From the NCBI RefSeq assembly GCF_020177575.1, contig NZ_JAHTBK010000001.1, forward strand, positions 1,259,875 through 1,299,874: DNA of 40,000 nt. Reading direction: 5' to 3'. A program made the translations under genes and the position numbers. This stretch comes from Hasllibacter sp. MH4015. Lineage in GTDB: Bacteria > Pseudomonadota > Alphaproteobacteria > Rhodobacterales > Rhodobacteraceae. This document shows positions 9,125 through 17,825 of the stretch, one piece after another; position 1 is the first letter of the stretch, and each line of letters opens with the position of its first letter. Below the pieces are notes generated by a model that had not been told where the DNA came from, did no database searches, and worked only from the letters and a program-made list of their open reading frames with translations.

Positions 9125-10291
9125 GTGGCACGGAACTTGAACATCCTGATCGCGGGCGGAGGGATCGCCGGGTGCTGTGCGGCCATTGCGCTGACCCATG
9201 CGGGCCACACGGTCCGCGTCATCGAAAAGCAGGCGGAGTGGCGGTTTCAAAGCTCCGGCATATTTGTCTATGCCAACGGTCTGGTGAGCCTGCGCAAGTT
9301 GGGCTTGCTGGACGACATCCTCGCGGCGGGGTTCCCGGTGCCGGGCGGGCGAAACGCTTACTACGACCATACCGGCAACCCGATCGTGGAGACGATCTAT
9401 CCTTCCGAAGATGGCATCCCCGCGATCCTTGGCATCAAGCGGGCGGAGATGCACCGCGTGATGGCCGGGCGCGCCGTGGTGCTTGGGGTTGAGGTTTGCC
9501 TGGGAACGACGATCCGGGAACTGCAGCCGGGACCGGATAAGGTGGAAGTCTCGTTGTCGGACGGAACGACGGCGGAATTCGACCTGGTGATCGGGGCCGA
9601 TGGCCTGCGTTCGACCACGCGCGCGATGATCGGGATCGACGTGGCCCCGCGTTACACTGGTGTTGGCGTCTGGCGTTCCGTTCATCGCAGGCCGCCGGAC
9701 CTGACCGACAAGATCATGATGATGGGACCCGCAAAACGCTTCGGGATCATGCCGATCAGTGACGATCTTCTTTACACGTTCGGGACCGTGGCGGAGCCTG
9801 CGGGCGTTCACTACAAGCCGGAGGATTGGCCGCGGATCATGGGGGACCGTTTCGCCGAATTCTCAGGTCCCGCCGCGCCGTTTCTGTCGGAGCTCAGCGA
9901 TGGGACGGAGGTGCTCTATACGGCCGTGGAAGAGGTCGTTCTTCCCTTGCCATGGCACCGCGGGCGGGTGGTGTTGATCGGCGACGCCGCCCACGCCTCC
10001 ACGCCGTTCATGGGGCAGGGCGGAGCGATGGCGATGGAGGATGCGGTGGTTCTGTCCGACGCCTTGACCGCCCACGATACGCTGGAAGACGGCCTGATTG
10101 CGTTCGGCAAGGCGCGCGCGCCGATCTGCGGCTTCGTCCAAGACGTCTCCCGCGCGGTCGGTGAGGCGGGCGCGAGGGAGACCGGGGATGACATGGCCGC
10201 GCGCGACGCGGAGATGCGCGAAACGGCGCAGGACAAGGTCGACGGGTTCTACGGTAAACTGGCCACTATGAACGCGGCGCGACCGTTCTAG
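9125..10291 (+). CDS. FAD-dependent monooxygenase (class A)
   Basis: GTG start 3 nt after the sulfatase stop. ILIAGGGIAGCCAAIAL and GDAAHASTPFMGQGGAMAMEDA fingerprints. Confidence 0.87.
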   Translation: MARNLNILIAGGGIAGCCAAIALTHAGHTVRVIEKQAEWRFQSSGIFVYANGLVSLRKLGLLDDILAAGFPVPGGRNAYYDHTGNPIVETIYPSEDGIPAILGIKRAEMHRVMAGRAVVLGVEVCLGTTIRELQPGPDKVEVSLSDGTTAEFDLVIGADGLRSTTRAMIGIDVAPRYTGVGVWRSVHRRPPDLTDKIMMMGPAKRFGIMPISDDLLYTFGTVAEPAGVHYKPEDWPRIMGDRFAEFSGPAAPFLSELSDGTEVLYTAVEEVVLPLPWHRGRVVLIGDAAHASTPFMGQGGAMAMEDAVVLSDALTAHDTLEDGLIAFGKARAPICGFVQDVSRAVGEAGARETGDDMAARDAEMRETAQDKVDGFYGKLATMNAARPF

Positions 10292-10812
10292 CCGGGCAAG
10301 CGCAACCGGCCCGAAATCTCCGCGTCTCGGGTGCGCATCGCGCCGATCTGTGCGGTCGCCGACCACAGGCCGCCCATGATCTCCGCCCCCGTCAGATCGA
10401 CGTTTCCCGTGATATGCGATCCTTGCAACGTCGTGTTTGCCATCATCAGCGCCGCCTTGAGCGAGAGGGAGGTCAGGCGGGCCTCGGTCAGTGACAGAAC
10501 GCCTTGCACATGCACGCCGTCCAGAACCACGTCCTCGGCCACCAGCCCGTCCGCCCGCAGGTCGGTGCGAAAAAACCCGCCGCTCATATCGCACATTCCG
10601 CGAATTGTTGTGCCGCGAAGCCATGCCAACCCGCGAAAGGTCGTCCCGCGCGCGCTGAGCCCGCCCTTGAGCGTAGCGCCGGACAGGTCGAACCCCCGCA
10701 CCTCCAACCCGTCGAGCACGAGCGCGTCTTCCAGAACAATACCGCGCGCGTCCACATGTTCGCCGTGGCGCCAGGGCCGCTGCAAGTCCGCCAGAAGTTC
10801 CGCCCCGGTCAC
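10288..10812 (-). CDS. Pentapeptide-repeat protein
   Basis: Clear 5-residue periodicity over about 130 aa (FDLSG ATLKG GLSAR GTTFR ... GNVDL TGAEI). The GTG start overlaps the SDR stop (GTGA). Confidence 0.7.
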   Translation of the reverse strand: MTGAELLADLQRPWRHGEHVDARGIVLEDALVLDGLEVRGFDLSGATLKGGLSARGTTFRGLAWLRGTTIRGMCDMSGGFFRTDLRADGLVAEDVVLDGVHVQGVLSLTEARLTSLSLKAALMMANTTLQGSHITGNVDLTGAEIMGGLWSATAQIGAMRTRDAEISGRLRLPG

Positions 10813-11537
10813 GTGAACACGAAGCCGCGGTTCACGGGCAGGACCTGGCCCGTCAGGGTCAGCGCCGCCTCGCTCAGCAAGAAGGCCACTGTTCCGGCCA
10901 CGTCCTCGGGCGGCTGCGGTCCGGGCACGGCGCGCCCGTTCCCGTATTGATCGTGGCGCGCTTTCGGGACGTAATCGGTGCTTTCAGTGGTCAGTATTCC
11001 GGGCGCGATGGCCGTCACTCCGATCCCGTCCGGCCCCAATTCGCGGGCCAGCGACCGCGTCATGGAGATGACGGCGCCCTTTGAGGCGACGTAGGACATC
11101 AGGTTCGGCGCGCCCCACAGCGCGGTGTCAGAGGCCACGTTGACGATCCGGCCGGAACCCGAGGCGCGCAAGGCAGGGGCGGCGGCCCGTGTCATCAGCC
11201 ATGTGCCGCGCACGTTGATTTCCATCACCCGGTCCCACGTTTCGATCTCGACCTCTTCGAACCCGATCCCGCCGATGCCGGTCGCGATGGCGCCGTTGTT
11301 GAGCAGACCGTGAAGAGGCCCGTCCAGGGACGCGGCAAGGGCCGTGATGCTGTCAGGGTCACGGAGATCGACGGGATGAAAGGCGGCCGACAGCCCTGCG
11401 GCCGTCTCGCGCCCTTCCTCCTCAAGGATATCGGCAAGGGTCAGGCGCGCGCCCGCCTCCGCCAGATGGCGCGCGATCACGGCACCCAGCCCGCGCGCGG
11501 CCCCGGTCAGCAGGATGTGGCGACCCTCAAGGCTCAT
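10809..11537 (-). CDS. Short-chain dehydrogenase/reductase (SDR)
   Basis: TGAARGLG cofactor motif, NNGA, and the catalytic YVASKGA (YxxxK). 242 aa. The start overlaps the Rieske gene stop (ATGA). Confidence 0.92.
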   Translation of the reverse strand: MSLEGRHILLTGAARGLGAVIARHLAEAGARLTLADILEEEGRETAAGLSAAFHPVDLRDPDSITALAASLDGPLHGLLNNGAIATGIGGIGFEEVEIETWDRVMEINVRGTWLMTRAAAPALRASGSGRIVNVASDTALWGAPNLMSYVASKGAVISMTRSLARELGPDGIGVTAIAPGILTTESTDYVPKARHDQYGNGRAVPGPQPPEDVAGTVAFLLSEAALTLTGQVLPVNRGFVFT

Positions 11538-12583
11538 TCGGCAGCCACGTCCGCGCTGGCGTCTTCCGCCTCGATCTGGGTGCGGGCCAGACGGTTGAGC
11601 GTGCGCCGCAGATGCGCCAAGCCTATGTCATGTTGGTAGAGCATCTCGCGCCGCCGCGCATCGTCGGGCATCCCTTCCAGCATCACGCGATCCTGCTCCA
11701 GCACGTTCCAGTGCCGCTCTTCCAGCCGCGCGCGGAAGAGGAAGCGCCAGCTTTCACGCTCGAACCCCTGTACCTTGCGCATGCGCCAGAAGAAGACCTT
11801 GCACTTCTGCGGCCCGATCGGAAGGACGTAGCCCACGATCCGCATGTTGCCGCCCGGACCGGCGGACGGGGGATAGGGGATGTCGAGGTGGCAATACATG
11901 CCCCCCTCGGGCGTCTCGAATTCCACCCAGTCGAAATTCTCCCCGGTCTGGCCCACGCGGGCGACGCGGAAGCCGTCGTCGCGTCGGTCCAGCTCCAGCA
12001 GATCCTGCTTGGAGCCGAAAGCCAGCGTGAAACTCTCGGCATGGAGGTAGCAGCCATGCATCGGGTCGGCGAGGTTGTCGAGCGCGTAGCGGTAATTCAC
12101 GTCCCATACGGCGGTACATAGGAACCCTTCCCACTCCGGGTCGCTGAGTTCCGGCGACAGGGGTAGCTCGGGTGGCTCTGTGGTTTCGTCCGACGACATG
12201 AAGACGAAAACGGCATCGGAATGCTCGGCCACGTGGAAGGACCGAAGCGCCTTGCGTCCCTCCATCGGGCAATCGGGCATGGCGGGAACCTGTTGCACCG
12301 TGCCCGTGCCATCGACCACGACGCCGTGATAGCGGCAGCCGATATGTTCGCCATGGATTTCCCCGTAGCTCAGTGGCGCGCCGCGATGGGGGCAGAAATC
12401 CTCGATACACTGGATCGAGCCGTCGCTGCGCCGCCACATCACAAGCCGCTCCCCCAGCGCCACGACACCGTGGGGGCGATCGGCGCGGATTTCCACGGAT
12501 TTCGCGACCGGGTACCATTGATCGCGGACGCCTTCATTCACCCGTTCTTCGATACGGGTGCGCATTTCTGGTGAAAGTGCCAT
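11534..12583 (-). CDS. Rieske [2Fe-2S] non-heme-iron oxygenase, alpha-subunit-only type
   Basis: Rieske motif CPHRGAPL...GCRYHG and mononuclear iron motif DNLADPMHGCYLH. Trimmed from 12685 to the ATG at 12583, which is preceded by GGAGG. 349 aa. Confidence 0.9.
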   Translation of the reverse strand: MALSPEMRTRIEERVNEGVRDQWYPVAKSVEIRADRPHGVVALGERLVMWRRSDGSIQCIEDFCPHRGAPLSYGEIHGEHIGCRYHGVVVDGTGTVQQVPAMPDCPMEGRKALRSFHVAEHSDAVFVFMSSDETTEPPELPLSPELSDPEWEGFLCTAVWDVNYRYALDNLADPMHGCYLHAESFTLAFGSKQDLLELDRRDDGFRVARVGQTGENFDWVEFETPEGGMYCHLDIPYPPSAGPGGNMRIVGYVLPIGPQKCKVFFWRMRKVQGFERESWRFLFRARLEERHWNVLEQDRVMLEGMPDDARRREMLYQHDIGLAHLRRTLNRLARTQIEAEDASADVAAE

Positions 12584-12597
12584 TGTCGTCCTCCCCC

Positions 12598-12924
12598 TCA
12601 GGCGCCGAAGCCGTTTTCGGCATATGCCTGGTCCAGATCGGCGTTGATTGCCTTCAATTCCTCTTCCAGCGTGTCGGCGGTCCAATCCGCCTTGCCACTG
12701 GACGGTCGCGTGACGTTGCGCATCGCCAAGGCCTTGGCCAGATCCGGTGCGCCCTGAACGCCGTCCCCGTAGATGGCCATCAACGCCTCCGCAAAATCGT
12801 CCTCCGCCTGGGTCAGGGGCCGCCCACGGCCCTGATGAGCCAGTTCCGGGCGACCGGACACGCGGGCGGCTGCCATCAGTTCCTTGAACGCGTCGGGGCG
12901 CGGTTCCTTGATTTCATGGCTCAT
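12598..12924 (-). CDS. Hypothetical 108-aa protein, operon member
   Basis: Protein-like composition rather than the R/P/G-rich junk of wrong frames. Packed 3 nt after the bicupin stop and 14 nt before the Rieske start. I recognise no family motif. Confidence 0.6.
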   Translation of the reverse strand: MSHEIKEPRPDAFKELMAAARVSGRPELAHQGRGRPLTQAEDDFAEALMAIYGDGVQGAPDLAKALAMRNVTRPSSGKADWTADTLEEELKAINADLDQAYAENGFGA

Positions 12925-12927
12925 CGC

Positions 12928-13884
12928 TTACCCTTTCCGGTAGACCGCGCCGTCGTCACCCGACGTGCCTATGACCGTCCAGACCGTTGCCGCACCGGCG
13001 CCTGGGTTGCGCAGGTAATGGGCCTGTCCCGCCGGCGTCTTGACCAGATCGCGCGGGCCCAGTTCCACGGAGGTTTCGGTCCCGTCTTCGCCCACCCAGA
13101 CGATCTCGACGCTACCCTCCAGGCACAGATACGCATCTTCGACAGTGCGGGTAAACGGCGCGAGGCTAAGGCCCATCGGCAATCCCCACATCTCCTTGCG
13201 GGTGCTGTCGTGCTTCACTGCCCCCGGCGCGTCGCCCACATAGACTTTGCGCGTGAAGCCCGCATCCTCCCAGATTGTCGGAAGCTCCGCGTGCCGCACC
13301 ACGTAGTCGGCCATCAGCTTCTGGATTTCGTGGTCGCCGTCCGGGTCGAACGGCATCGTATTGCCCGGCTCCGCCCCGAAGGTGCGCGCAAGTTCCGCGG
13401 GATGCTCCTTGGGATGGTAGTGGTAGACCGGGGGCAGCGGTTTGCCCACGTCGACGGAGATTGACATGACGACCGGCTCCACCCCGTCTACACGGAACCC
13501 GTGGCCAATCTCGCGGGCGTTGAGGATCATGTCCTTGGGGCCGAGATTCACTTCGACGACCTCGCCGTGCTTTTCCCATCCCACGATCAGGGCGCCGGAC
13601 AGGATCAGGAAACTCTCCTCGATCTCGTGGCTGTGGCAGGCGGCGTAGCGCCCGGGCTCCTTGTAGATCAGGCTGAGCGTGAAATTGTCGGCCTTCAGGG
13701 TCGACGGATCGCCTACCTTGGGGGAGCCACCGGCCCCGATATACCGCATCTGCGCGCGCGCCAGCTCATCGAAGCCCGCATTGGACGGAAACGCGTTCCA
13801 GTCAAAGGTCTTGTCCACGAACCGGCCAGTATGGGCGCGCAATTGTTCGGCCAGGCTGGCCTTGGGGGTGTCGACGACATTCAT
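12928..13884 (-). CDS. Bicupin protein, possible dioxygenase
   Basis: The N-terminal cupin has the metal motif CHSHEIEESFLILSG (HxH...E). The second cupin-like barrel (YLCLEGSVEIVW...AGQAHYLRN) lacks HxH. 318 aa. Confidence 0.72.
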   Translation of the reverse strand: MNVVDTPKASLAEQLRAHTGRFVDKTFDWNAFPSNAGFDELARAQMRYIGAGGSPKVGDPSTLKADNFTLSLIYKEPGRYAACHSHEIEESFLILSGALIVGWEKHGEVVEVNLGPKDMILNAREIGHGFRVDGVEPVVMSISVDVGKPLPPVYHYHPKEHPAELARTFGAEPGNTMPFDPDGDHEIQKLMADYVVRHAELPTIWEDAGFTRKVYVGDAPGAVKHDSTRKEMWGLPMGLSLAPFTRTVEDAYLCLEGSVEIVWVGEDGTETSVELGPRDLVKTPAGQAHYLRNPGAGAATVWTVIGTSGDDGAVYRKG

Positions 13885-13959
13885 GGCGGGTCTCCCTTGG
13901 ATATGCGTTGGAATTGAGTTTAGGCCCGTGGGTTTCGTTGGGAAGATTGCGTTTTACCG

Positions 13960-14727
13960 GTGAAACTGCGATGCCATTCCATGGCCGAGAGAGATCCCTA
14001 TTCCGTTCCCGCCCTGGTCCGGGGTCTGAGCCTGCTTCAGACCTTCACGCCAGAGCGGTCCGAACAGACCATGGCGCAATTGGCCCAATCGCTTGGCATC
14101 ACCCGGTCCGCCGTCTTCCGAACCGTGCATACATTGGTGGAAGAGGGATTCCTGCTCCCGGTGCGTGACGGCACACATTTCCGCCTTGGCCCGTCGGTCC
14201 TGCGCGTCAGCTATGGCTACCTCGCCAGTCGGGAGCTTCTGGAAGTGGCGCAAAAGCCGTTGGAGGCCCTGCGCGACGGGCAGGATTGGTCCGGGCATCT
14301 GGGCGTGTTGGACGGGCGCCACATTCTCTACCTCATCCGCCTTCCCGCGTCAGACGGCCTGTCATCCCTCGTCCATGTCGGCAGCCGCCTGCCTGCAACC
14401 CTGACGGCGATGGGCCGGGTGCTGCTGACGCAGAAATCCGAACCCGACCTCAGGCGCCTGCTGGACGGACAGCCGAAAAACGCCGTGGAGAAAGCCCTCG
14501 CGGCATGGCGGCAAGACCGCGCGCGCCCCTCCGTCATCCACAATGGGAGCTTCGAGAGCGGCCTGTGCAGCGTCGCGGCCCCGATCTTCGACATGTCCGG
14601 CGAAATCGTTGCGGCCATCAGTGCAACGAAACAGACCGACCAGGTGCCGGAACCCGTCGAACGCGAAGTCCTTGCGACCGCCCACAACATCAGCCGCGCC
14701 ATGGGTTGGAAAGCGCCGGATGGATGA
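13960..14727 (+). CDS. IclR-family transcriptional regulator
   Basis: VPALVRGLSLLQTF...MAQLAQSLGITRSAVFRTVHTLVEEGFL HTH plus an effector domain. The start may instead be the ATG at 13981. Divergent from the bicupin operon. Confidence 0.85.
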   Translation: MKLRCHSMAERDPYSVPALVRGLSLLQTFTPERSEQTMAQLAQSLGITRSAVFRTVHTLVEEGFLLPVRDGTHFRLGPSVLRVSYGYLASRELLEVAQKPLEALRDGQDWSGHLGVLDGRHILYLIRLPASDGLSSLVHVGSRLPATLTAMGRVLLTQKSEPDLRRLLDGQPKNAVEKALAAWRQDRARPSVIHNGSFESGLCSVAAPIFDMSGEIVAAISATKQTDQVPEPVEREVLATAHNISRAMGWKAPDG

Positions 14728-14790
14728 AGCAGGGTGCGTGCACCGCCTGTTCGTGATCGCATTTGGGAGAGGTCTGCGCTTGAAGGCCGA

Positions 14791-16104
14791 TCACTCCGCC
14801 TGATCCTTCTGCGGTTTGCCCGCGACGTAGGTTTGTACGATGGACCGGTCGTCGCCCATCATCTGGATGGCGAACAATTCTTCGAATAGGGTCTCGGCCC
14901 GGGCCATCCTAAGGGCCATCGCGGGTGTGGCGGTGGAGCTTACGACAACGACATCCGCCTCCGTTCCGGCATCCAGTGTTCCGATCTTGTCGGCCATACC
15001 AAGGACCTCGGCATTTCCGCGCGTGATCCAGTGGAAGGCGCGCAAAGTGTGCAGTTTCTGGTCCTGCAATTGCAGGATCTTGTATGCTTCGTTGAGGGTT
15101 TGCAGCATCGAATAGCTTGTGCCGGCCCCGATATCTGTCGCGATGCCGTTGCGAATGCCGCGGGCGCGCAGGCCCGCATCATCGAACAGGCCGCTGCCGA
15201 GAAAGAGGTTTGAGGTTGGGCAGAAGACCGGATGTGATCCCGTCTCTGCGAGTGCACCGAGTTCCCGGTCTTTGAGATGGATTGCGTGGCCCAGAAGCGT
15301 TCGGTGCCCAAGCAGACCGTAGCCCTGATAGATGTCCAGATAGTCGCGCGCCTGCGGATAGAGTTCTGCCGTGTAGGCAATTTCGTCGTGGTTTTCGGAC
15401 AGGTGGGTCTGCACGAAACAATCGGGATGCTCCTTCGCCAGGGCACCTGACATTGCCAGCTGTTCGGGGGAGGAGGTGATCGCGAACCGTGGCGTGATGG
15501 CGTAGGACGCGCGGCCTTTGCCGTGCCAGGCCTCAATCAGGGCATTGCTGTCGTCATAGCCCGATTGCGCTGTGTCCAGCACACCCATCGGGGCGTTGCG
15601 ATCCATCATCGTCTTGCCCGCGACGACGCGCATGTTCCGGTGCGCGCATTCCGCGAACAAGGCTTCGGCGGAACCTGCGTGGACCGAACAGAAGGCGACG
15701 GCTGTCGTCGTGCCGTGGTCCGTGAGCAGCGAACAGAATTTGCCCGCCATGGCGCGCGCGTGTTGCGCATCGGCGTAATCGGATTCCGCAGGGAAGGTAT
15801 AATCGTTCAACCAATCCAGCAGCTGCGCGCCCCAGCTGGCCACGATCTGAACCTGCGGAAAGTGGACATGGGTGTCGATGAAGCCGGCCATGAGGAGATG
15901 CGGGCGATGATCCACGACCTCTGACCACCTGGCATTGCGGGCCACGTCATCGAAGCTGCCCGATGCGGTGATCCTGCCATCGTGCATAAGGATCGCGCCG
16001 TCCTCGATGTAGCTGTAGCACGCCGTATCGTCGGGGCCTTGCGGCTCGGAATGGAACGTCAGGATGCGTCCGCGCAATAGAGTGCCGGGCATTGTGGGGG
16101 CCAC
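14791..16104 (-). CDS. guaD: Guanine deaminase
   Basis: Amidohydrolase metal motif FIDTHVHFPQ followed by LLDWLNDYTFPAE, plus HLSEN. 437 aa. Last gene of the xdh operon. Confidence 0.9.
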   Translation of the reverse strand: MAPTMPGTLLRGRILTFHSEPQGPDDTACYSYIEDGAILMHDGRITASGSFDDVARNARWSEVVDHRPHLLMAGFIDTHVHFPQVQIVASWGAQLLDWLNDYTFPAESDYADAQHARAMAGKFCSLLTDHGTTTAVAFCSVHAGSAEALFAECAHRNMRVVAGKTMMDRNAPMGVLDTAQSGYDDSNALIEAWHGKGRASYAITPRFAITSSPEQLAMSGALAKEHPDCFVQTHLSENHDEIAYTAELYPQARDYLDIYQGYGLLGHRTLLGHAIHLKDRELGALAETGSHPVFCPTSNLFLGSGLFDDAGLRARGIRNGIATDIGAGTSYSMLQTLNEAYKILQLQDQKLHTLRAFHWITRGNAEVLGMADKIGTLDAGTEADVVVVSSTATPAMALRMARAETLFEELFAIQMMGDDRSIVQTYVAGKPQKDQAE

Positions 16105-16154
16105 CTTCTGCTTTGGGGTACGGGGCTCCGTTGGCGGAGCCCCGCTTGTATAGG

Positions 16155-17759
16155 TCAGGCCCGGTCCAGGGCGGGACTGTCATCGTCGATCATGTCGGGT
16201 TCATCCGGCACGATGACCCGATGCTCCAGATCCTCCTTCGGGGCGAGCATGGGATAAAACAGCATGAAGGCACCGATGATAAGGTAACCGATGGTGATCC
16301 CATCGAATTGGGGCGCCTGCAACGTGTAGCTGTGAATGATCCCGACGGATGACATGATCGAGGCCGCGATAGCGAAACCGCCTGCGTGTTTGAACCGACC
16401 GTCGATCACATCGGCCACGATTGCCCCCCAGATGAGGCCCGTGATGATCGCGCCTTGGGACAGGGCAAGGTGGCCTTCGTAATGCGCGCCTTCCATCAAC
16501 AGCGCGGCTGTCAGATCCGTGTCGCCCAAGCTTGGCAAGCCGTCGACGCCCGAATTGCGAAGCGCGTTCATCAACGATCCCCATTTGGTCATCAGGAACC
16601 CCGAGATATGGGGCAGGATAGCGAAGGCCACGGCGGCCATGTGTGCGGGCTTCACCGCGTAGCCGGTATTGGCGATCAGGCTGACCGAGACGAAAACCAG
16701 CACCGGCGCGGCTGCTGCAATCGGGATCAGGCCCGCCAGGAACGACAGGAAGCCGAAGAATGCTGCCGCCGCGATCACCAGGGCCACACCGATGATGTAA
16801 CCCGCCCGCGCATCGAGACGTTTATAGGCGGGATGGCCGATATAGACCGTTGTCGGAAAGGGTGAGCCGAACAGCGCGCCGATCATCGTGCCCGCCCCAT
16901 CCGTCACCTGACACAGGCCCACGGGATAGCTGTCACCCGCCGCTTCGGCAGATTCAACGTTATTCATCGTCTCGATGAAGTTGTAGATCTGCACAGGCAC
17001 CAGAACGAGGAACAGTTCGGGGTTCGCGAAGAGGTATTGGATGCCAATCATCAAATCGCCGAAATACGGGATCGGCGCGTATAACCCGATGCCATCGGTC
17101 GTGAACGAAGATTTGCCAAGGATGATGGCGATCACCACACCCACGGTGATCGCGACAAGACCCGCGGGAAGGTTGCCGGGCAGGCGGAACCGTCCGACAA
17201 GACCCCACAGGATAAACAGAAGCGAGGAAAAGCCGATCAACGGGTTCTCGAAGATCTCTGCTAAGGGCACCGATCCGATGAACACCAATGCAATGCCGCA
17301 CAACGTGCCAAGCATACCGGCCCGGGGTGTGATCCGCTTCAGGAACGGCCCCACGAGGGCACCAAGGGCCGCGACGATGCCGCCCATGAACCCCGCGCCG
17401 ATCCCGACTTGCCACGCAAGAAGCGAGTCGCCCGTGGCCCAGTAAATCGGCCCGATGACACCGAACAGATAGACGAACATCACTGGCGTGGAGATGCCGT
17501 AGGGCAGGGCGGTGACGTCGCTGCCCTGCTTATTGGCGACCCATTTGGCCATCAAGGTGTAGACCACGACCCCGGCAAGGATGGCGACGGCGGCGCCGGG
17601 GACGATGCGGCCGAACACGATTTCGGCAGGCATCTGGAACACGAACTGGCAAATCCCGGACAGGATCAGCAGGTTCACCAGGTTATCGGTGAAAAGTGCC
17701 CAGAAGGCGTTGAAGTCGCTTCGCTTGAAAAGCTGATAACTATAACCTGTGTCGGTCAT
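16155..17759 (-). CDS. Polytopic permease, putative purine/nucleobase transporter (AzgA/NCS2-like)
   Basis: About 534 aa and highly hydrophobic, lying between xdhC and guaD. The family call rests on context and weak resemblance. Trimmed to the ATG at 17759, which has a GGAAGG ribosome-binding site. Confidence 0.65.
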   Translation of the reverse strand: MTDTGYSYQLFKRSDFNAFWALFTDNLVNLLILSGICQFVFQMPAEIVFGRIVPGAAVAILAGVVVYTLMAKWVANKQGSDVTALPYGISTPVMFVYLFGVIGPIYWATGDSLLAWQVGIGAGFMGGIVAALGALVGPFLKRITPRAGMLGTLCGIALVFIGSVPLAEIFENPLIGFSSLLFILWGLVGRFRLPGNLPAGLVAITVGVVIAIILGKSSFTTDGIGLYAPIPYFGDLMIGIQYLFANPELFLVLVPVQIYNFIETMNNVESAEAAGDSYPVGLCQVTDGAGTMIGALFGSPFPTTVYIGHPAYKRLDARAGYIIGVALVIAAAAFFGFLSFLAGLIPIAAAAPVLVFVSVSLIANTGYAVKPAHMAAVAFAILPHISGFLMTKWGSLMNALRNSGVDGLPSLGDTDLTAALLMEGAHYEGHLALSQGAIITGLIWGAIVADVIDGRFKHAGGFAIAASIMSSVGIIHSYTLQAPQFDGITIGYLIIGAFMLFYPMLAPKEDLEHRVIVPDEPDMIDDDSPALDRA

Positions 17760-17825
17760 GATCTGGGTCCTTCCCATTTTGATGTATGTGCCACCGCGCC
17801 CCTCCCGGCGTTGGGTGGCGGAGTG

